A DNA stretch of 59,937 nucleotides, filler included, from Sluysia triapertura (taxonomy: Eukaryota), in assembly GCA_046118255.1 (NCBI GenBank). It is 4 parts of 4 records of this genome, joined end to end, with 100 filler letters (N's around TTAATTAATTAA, not from the genome) between each part and the next. Parts side by side here need not be neighbours in the genome. Positions count along the whole stretch, not along the records: positions 38,122 to 59,937 come from JBJNIA010243990.1; 3 more parts are not named here. One strand, written 5' to 3'. Each line of letters opens with the position of its first letter. Within the stretch, counting starts at the first letter, position 1. Position numbers and translations under genes: made by a program. This document shows, in pieces, positions 53,301 to 59,937 of this stretch. The notes under the pieces are model-generated. The model had not been told where the DNA came from. It ran no database searches and saw only the letters and a program-made list of their open reading frames with translations.

Positions 53301-56300
53301 ATCCATGTAGAATGATAACACAATTTACTACAAATCAAATATGTACAAACGTCGTTTGCCTCATTTATTAGTTTTTATAATTTAAAATCAAAGTTACACA
53401 TCTTCTGATGATTAAGTATTGATATATCAAATTGATGTTCATAAAGATACTAATCTAAATATGTTATTGAACTTGGCGTGCAATGTACGGTTGATGCATG
53501 ATTCCCATAAAAGAGTAAATATGTTGTTCCATTAATTTTATCCTCAAATTAAGTTAATAAATTATGTCATTGATACAATATCAATATAATGATATTAATT
53601 TCTAATTTAATGACAATGAAAAGATAAGGGGATTGTTTGTCACATTTCCCATTATCTTTAGATAATTAAAAAGATAATGAAATTGAACACAGGCGGAAAT
53701 TACTGTCGAAATTTAATCAGTAAAATTAGTTGGATTATCACCGACTAAAAAGAATGGGCAGTTTTAATTTCCGTCTTGTTCAATTTCCCAAATGATCGTA
53801 AAACTGCTGTATAATCAATCATATTTTTGCAGAAAATCAGAAACAAAATAACAAGACAAGAGTAGGCAAGGATAATAAAGAAACCAAAAACATTTTAACT
53901 GTGTGGAAGCTGCTTCAATTCATCTGTGGAAAGCGGTGAAATTGAAGCTTATTCTTTAGAAATCAACTAAAATAAACATTTAGGGTACATAAGAAAAAGG
54001 CTTAGTAACTTATTTTTTATTCATTAAATTTTAGTTAATACGGGCCTTGACATTTATTTTATTTGAGTTGTGTCGTCTGTGCTAGTGATTTTTCAATAGT
54101 AAAAGATTTATAATTTTGAATTTAATAATAAAAAACGTTTTGTTATTAAAAGAGAATTTTCATTGTATAATTGTGATTTTATTAAGAATATATCGAGAGT
54201 CCGAATTTGTTTAATTATTGGGTTATATTTTGTTAAAGTCATAATAATTGGATAACTTTTAAATCATACCCCATGTTCCAGTAAATCTATAATACATGGC
54301 ACACATAAAGCTACTAAGTTGCAATTTTCAAAACAAACTAATTGACAATATTGTATCGATTATTTTTTAAAAATTCATTTCGATAATACTTTTAATAATA
54401 ATATAATTTAATAATATGATTTATTTTAAAGCTGTATTTATCAAATCATAATTAAATTACATTAAATCAAAATTAAGTTTCTAAAACATGCAATAAATTC
54501 TATTTTAAACAAGACACAAGATTCCTGTGTTATGATGATAAGAGATTGATTTATATGTTGTTTTATATAAAAAAAGAAATATTATAGTGAATGATTCATT
54601 TTAACAATCTTGGTCAATATAACGAAACATAAAAAATAGGAATAGAAGAAATAATAATAACATTAGTGATAAAATGCGAGGAATAATAAAAATATATACA
54701 CAAAGATAAACATACATACATAATGTATAACAACTATTTCATTTATTTATTCATTCATTTATATGACGATACATAACTCAATAAAGATACTGAATTTCAA
54801 TAAATTAAATAAAAACTTCTTAATTTTACTAATTAAAATATTAGATTGGTTTTTAAGTTATTAACCCTTCGCAATCCACTGTGGGGGCAGAAAATTTTTA
54901 CGTTCCGGTCTTCTGTCGAAGCAGCCCCGACGCTAATTTAACATAAATATTGAAACGTTTATGTAATCTGTTATATGTCAAAGATGGTTCGATAAGAAAA
55001 TATTTACATTCGTATTTTTATTTTCACCGACCCGTCATTTCGTCAAGTTCGGACCATTATGTAGATTAGTTTTATCGGAGTTGTGCAAGTGTAATATCGT
55101 AAACAAATAGGAATATTCGTGTTATTATATTGGTATGTTAGAATTTAGTATTTTTTTAATTTGCTATAATTAGAATATAATTTCGAAAATAATTCGTAGA
55201 AAAAATTATGGCATCTACTTCACGAAAACGCGTTCGAAGCAAAAGTCCAATCGATTTTGAAACTAACGAATTAACGATTCAATGGAAATAATATAGAATC
55301 GCAAAGGGTTATCAAAGATAATCATTTTAACGACTTGTAATATTCTTCTTCAAAAAAATAAATTTTCGAAATGAAAATGATGTAAAAATGAATAGTTTTA
55401 CGAAGTTTTAATTTTAATATCAAAGAATGAATGATAAGACAACAAAAAAAAGAATCGGAAAGAAAAGTGCTATTTTTGTCTCTGTTTTATGGAATTAAAT
55501 CAAGGTTTAAAATTGTTCGCAACAAGTTTGATTAACACTATCATTCATTTTTGTTGAAATACGATGTAAAAATTCTTGATATTTCTTGTGCATAAATCTT
55601 CGTCGAGATCCGCATCGAAATAAATGATAAATCCATAACCATAAACACTAAACAAATAGCGGAATAGCAACTCTTTCCATTGCTTTTATTTCGGCAACTC
55701 TTTCTCTGTCATCATCGTTTGGAGTATCAGATATCGAATCATGAAATACTGCTGAAATATTAGCATGTCAATTGCATAAACACATTATAAGTGAGTGAGG
55801 TAGGAAGTTTTAGGCAGATTGACTGACTACGACCTTGAAAATAACATTAGTCCTAAGTAGTAGTTATAATCATATATAACTGTAATCGACCTTAAATATT
55901 TTTCGAAGATGCCAAATATTAATAAATATTAATATTAATATTAATAAACTATTAATATTATAAACACAGTAGAACATAATTTATTAAAAAGTAACTGGCA
56001 CCACCCGTAAATACAATTATTTGATGTTTCGAAACTCCAACATTGCAATCAATAATCACTGTTCGATGAGTTACTTCAACATGAGCATACAAATTCCATT
56101 ATTGGGAATCAAGAGAATCGGAAGCATCTAGTTTACAATCTCAAAGGTACTATAATGCCTTCAAAGATTTTTCAAGTCCTTTTCAAGCTTCCACAAGGTC
56201 TCGACACCTTATATAGGCCTTTATTATAGATGTTTTTACTTTCATGATTCTTATTCCGACAATGTTTATAATGTTCAACCTATCACTTCGTATCAAATCT

Positions 56301-58176
56301 TCCTTCAATTAATGTTTCTGTGTCTCTAACTCATCTTTTAATCCACTATTGGACAATCCCAACAGAATATTAAATTTAATTTTTGTTTTTAAAACATTGT
56401 TTTAAAGAAATTGAAAAGAAATTTAAAAACCGGTATTTGATTCTTCGGTTAGGATACTGTCCATAATTTTCGAATCCCGGTATTTACCGGTACTATAGTA
56501 CCGGTTTGCAAACCCTACCCAGTACCGTAACTAGCCCCTGAACTTGTGCAATATATTAAATTCTGTCCCCCATATAGCACCAAAAAAAACAATATACATA
56601 ACACAATAATTATATTTGTAACGAACAGTACGCATGTCCAAAAAGTATATATAAAATAAAAACTAAACAACAAAAATTCATGGATTAGAAAACAATTATA
56701 AGAATATCGTCAGCATAGGCATTCATTCGTCGGCCTGGATTCTGTCTGTTAATGTAAATAAACATTGATTTATATCCATAACACCGAAACAGTTTTGACA
56801 ATATATTCGATGAATCATGTTTCTTCTCTGCTTGATCTTCTAATGTCATAATTAATCTATTTACTATTTTATGTAATGCTTCACAAACCAAAGATGGACC
56901 TTTGAAATTCGCATAGTTTGTTGGTACTTTAACAGCATTTGCACATTCAAAAGTCTGAAGGAGTAAAATTTTGAATTCGTAATATCACACGAATACTTAT
57001 ATTTGATTAATTTAACTTTATTTTCTTGTTGATGTATTTTAAAATGTCGATTGACATAGTTATTAATAAATATAACTTTACGTTGTGAACAGTGAACTAA
57101 ACATGACCAATTAAAAGAAGTTTCAGAAAAATTCGATTCATCTTCATGGTAATTTGTAATTTAATAATTATTTTAAAACACACTTTTATAGTTTTTAAAA
57201 CCCCAAAAGTCATAGTCGTCAATCTTTGGATTTTATATAAAAATATGTAAGTTGAAATTTCAAAACAAATAGGTTAATATTTATTACAAATACAAAAAAC
57301 AATCAGCCACACTTTTCTATGCAAAATTATTAAGTGTTCTTAGTCAATCCACAATTAGATACTTTAAACATACCGCTAAACTATATAAGTGCACTTTTAT
57401 TATCGTAATAACAAGTTTAGATTCGTAGGCCTGCACTTTAATGTGCATATCATTTATTTATTATCACTGCAATGACGCTAATAAAAATAAAAAAAATTAT
57501 AAATTGCTTATATCACTTAAACTCGTCGGCAAATTTGATCATGATATTTTACAGCTAATTTTTCTATCGTCTACAAATAAGCTTAAGATTTCATTAAATA
57601 CAATACCTCGACTAGTTAAATCAATACTTTCAAAAAGCATTCAAAAATTAAACTAACGTATCTGAGAGTTTTAATTTCGATTTACCCGCCTCAATCATTT
57701 CTCGAAGAGCTTGTTGACGACATTTCACTAATTCCGTTGGGCAAAGAACAAGTGCAGAAAATATAGCAGCAAAAGCACCAGATGCAGCAGTTTCAAATGG
57801 ACTTAATTTATTCACTGGTTTATTAATCATTGTAGCTACTAATTTTCTACATGGTTCTAAAGCACAAAATAAAACAGAATTTTCAGCAACATTAGCAACC
57901 AATGCTGGTACTGTTCCTGCATATAAACCGCGATATATTCCATCATTTTTTAATGTTTTCATTAAACATGATACAGCATTTTTGTATAGATCAGGAAACA
58001 TTTGCATCTTTACTTTAACAGTATCTAATGGTTGACCAACATAAACGGTAGCTATTCCACCTAAATTTATCTTAGATAAACATTACACAGTTTGTAGATT
58101 AACTTTATTTTCTTAAATATAAGAACTAACCATTTACGCCACACAAAAAACCTATAGCCATATCTTTGTCAAACAT
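48272..58176 (-). CDS. SLC25A15: Mitochondrial ornithine carrier (SLC25A15/ORNT1-like), 305 aa; exons 58131-58176, 57658-58060, 52737-53026, 48272-48450
   Basis: Three carrier repeats (GQPLDTVKVKMQ, CPTELVKCRQQ, FPFDLIKSRVQ), ANVAENSVLF, REIPGYFCFFGAYE, YNGLSPTVIRTIPATAALF; GT-AG junctions give a 918-nt in-frame CDS. Confidence 0.93.
48680..49340 (-). mobile_element. IS630/Tc1-type transposase remnant
   Basis: LIILDETGFNIHTSQSYGYSP and YKFLPPYTAELN on the minus strand. Confidence 0.85.
49600..49960 (+). mobile_element. Gypsy/Ginger-type integrase (rve) fragment
   Basis: HSESDGLVERINHILMQML...HQTDWDEFI...VIHES (HPQxDGLVERxN...DWD). Confidence 0.85.
50281..50347. repeat. (TAA)n microsatellite
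   Basis: Direct read. Confidence 0.95.
51226..51430 (-). mobile_element. Tc1 transposase second-HTH/linker remnant
   Basis: VRRRLVGNGLGTKRPRRKPKLT / KRLAWVKQYQHLTEDGWNQV. Confidence 0.8.
51907..52004 (+). mobile_element. tRNA-like repeat unit with TGTTAGAC/GTCTAACA ends
   Basis: TGTTAGACGGGGCTGATAACTCAGTGGTAGAGC...GAGTTCGACCCCCGGTCAGTCCACTTTATGAAGTCTAACA. Confidence 0.88.
52085..52520. repeat. ATT-derived compound minisatellite
   Basis: Repeating ATTATTAGTATCCTTATTATCATACTTATTATTATCATTATTATA units with variants. Confidence 0.95.
53360..54228 (+). repeat. Dispersed repeat homologous to 16700-17560
   Basis: Collinear shared blocks throughout. Confidence 0.85.
54865..55308 (+). mobile_element. 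Internally deleted piggyBac-like element
   Basis: TTAA|CCCTTCGCAATCC ... GAATCGCAAAGGG|TTAT; internal ATG stub MASTSRKRVRSKSP near 55208. Confidence 0.65.
56685..56891 (-). mobile_element. Non-LTR reverse transcriptase remnant
   Basis: MNAYADDILII catalytic-type motif only. Confidence 0.5.
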
Positions 58177-59332
58177 TGACTCAATAAAATATAAAAAAAT
58201 AAGTTTCAGTAAATTTATCTTAAAAAAAATAAAGTAGGTTATATGTGCTTCATGATATAAATTAAAATGTAGATTAAAAAATATTTGACATGCTTAAAGA
58301 TATATTAGGGCTTAATTATATATAATTAAATAATCCTTTAATTAAGGATAGTAATATTAATATTAAAATCCATCAAAAAATTTTATTCATTATTCACAAA
58401 TTTAATTTCACCAAAATTTCAAATTTTAAAATAATCACACCTTTTTACCATTGAAATTCACCAATACCAACATCATAAAATAACATTCGATATTTACAAT
58501 ACTTCATCAACTCACATACATCAACAATTTAATTAACATTTCAACCATCCATAGCACAATAAACTTCGACATTTAACCTCGAACATTTCACAACATTCAA
58601 GCACCAGATATTTCAACAAACAAATCACAAGTATAATATAAACTTCACAAATCATAAATATAATAGCATTATCAAACAACCCTAACAAATACCTCAGAAA
58701 CATAGATCATTTACATCTAAAACCTTAATCAACAACACCAACTTAAAGCCACTTCATATACACATAACCATCATTAACAATCACTTGTAATAACATTATA
58801 ATATACTAAAATTTATTTTGTAATCGTCATTCAAAATTAAAATAACTTCAACCTTTCAATAAGCATTTTAAACCATTACACTTAATGCATAAATCTTGTT
58901 TTCAAATTATAAACCTTCAATAAGTCTCAATAAATTATTTTAACATTCTTCATTCACTTACAATCTAAACCATTTCTTTTATCTCTAGAAATAAACAAAA
59001 TTAAGCTTTAAACAATTCATTATCTGACTGTGAAGCAACAACGATAACCGATACTTACTATACTTTATTACCGCTGCTCCTCCACAGTTTATTATTCGCT
59101 TTGTTCATTTTTTATTTCATTTTATTATTTTATATCTGAGAAAAGAAAAGAAAATAAAGAAAAAGATCGTGTTGGATTCTGTATAAAGAGATTTATGTAT
59201 TGTATAATTTTACATTTATTAATAATAGTAACAATAATTTTATTATTGTTATTATCATTATTGCTGTTGTTATTACTATTGTTAACTAAGTTTTAAATTT
59301 TATATCTTTCTCTATTTGGACTAAAATAGTTG

Positions 59333-59487
59333 CTACCGTCATCAGTACTTCCAACACCATTTAAAAAATGTCATCCGAGTGACACTACTGATGACGGTAG
59401 TAATCTAAAATCAACCTTTTAATTAATTTTATTCAGCACCCAATCAGAGTACGCATATCCACAGCTCTCACAAACACTCTGATTGGG
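59333..59487. promoter_or_regulatory. Probable bidirectional promoter with two inverted-repeat pairs
   Basis: Perfect 15-bp IR (59333-59347/59386-59400) and 12-bp CCAAT IR (59439-59450/59476-59487), between SLC25A15 (minus) and a plus-strand ORF. Confidence 0.55.
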
Positions 59488-59686
59488 CATATTAAAATTA
59501 CCAGACAAAAGTAACAATTGGTTAAGCTAAAAAAAGAAAAATAGTAGCATTAAAATTCAGACAATAAAAATTTTGTAGTGAGATCAATCAATATAATTCA
59601 GCAATTGAGAAATTATAGAAAAATTTTAAAAATTTTTATGAGACATTAAAAATATAGAGAAGTCAAAATTCAGAAGTGCAGACAAA

Positions 59687-59937
59687 ATGGTTTATGCTTT
59701 TGTTACACCATGTATTAATATCGATGTTGGATTAATGCCGTTTTCAACTAATGTATTAACTGGTATTTTACGTCATTCTAATCATTATATGATGATAATT
59801 GATACAGAACAAAAAGATAAAGATCTTTCTTCGATAATACAAACTATTGATAGCGTAAAGATTGTTGATGATTATATTGTTATGTTGAGGACCAAAGATT
59901 TTAAAGTTTACGGTTTGGACTTATTAAAGACACTATC
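59687..59937 (+). CDS. 5' part of an unidentified ORF running off the window
   Basis: AAAATGG start, 83 stop-free codons (MVYAFVTPCINIDVGLMPF...) in very AT-rich DNA, 200 bp downstream of the CCAAT pair. Confidence 0.5.
   Translation, partial: MVYAFVTPCINIDVGLMPFSTNVLTGILRHSNHYMMIIDTEQKDKDLSSIIQTIDSVKIVDDYIVMLRTKDFKVYGLDLLKTL

Overview
Very AT-rich animal genomic DNA. The ARFGEF peptide looks flatworm/lophotrochozoan-like, but the taxon is not proven. The window joins four separate contigs (1-12133, 12234-25287, 25388-38021, 38122-59937) with artificial N44-TTAATTAATTAA-N44 linkers. Host genes: a complete 4-exon mitochondrial ornithine carrier (SLC25A15-like, minus, 48272-58176), three exons of a BIG/Sec7 ARF-GEF (plus), and one firm plus one probable exon of ch-TOG/CKAP5 (minus). 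The rest is transposon debris: Tc1/mariner, piggyBac and hAT MITEs, LINE pieces, an LTR with a tRNA-Lys PBS, and an integrase fragment. Four unusual things stand out. (1) A 2.3-kb TGT...ACA element with 34-bp terminal inverted repeats and a 5-bp target duplication (31881-34220) carries a decayed Vps39-like gene start and a paired-CCAAT promoter; related ends recur, one pair flanking an alpha-mannosidase II fragment. (2) All recognisable decayed host-gene fragments (DEAD-box, XRN, Vps39, GH38) are 5' ends, which suggests a pack-type gene and promoter capture system. (3) A dispersed tRNA-like unit is framed by TGTTAGAC/GTCTAACA inverted ends. (4) One copy of that unit contains an antisense 18S rRNA fragment. 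All homology calls come from motif recognition by eye, not from database searches.
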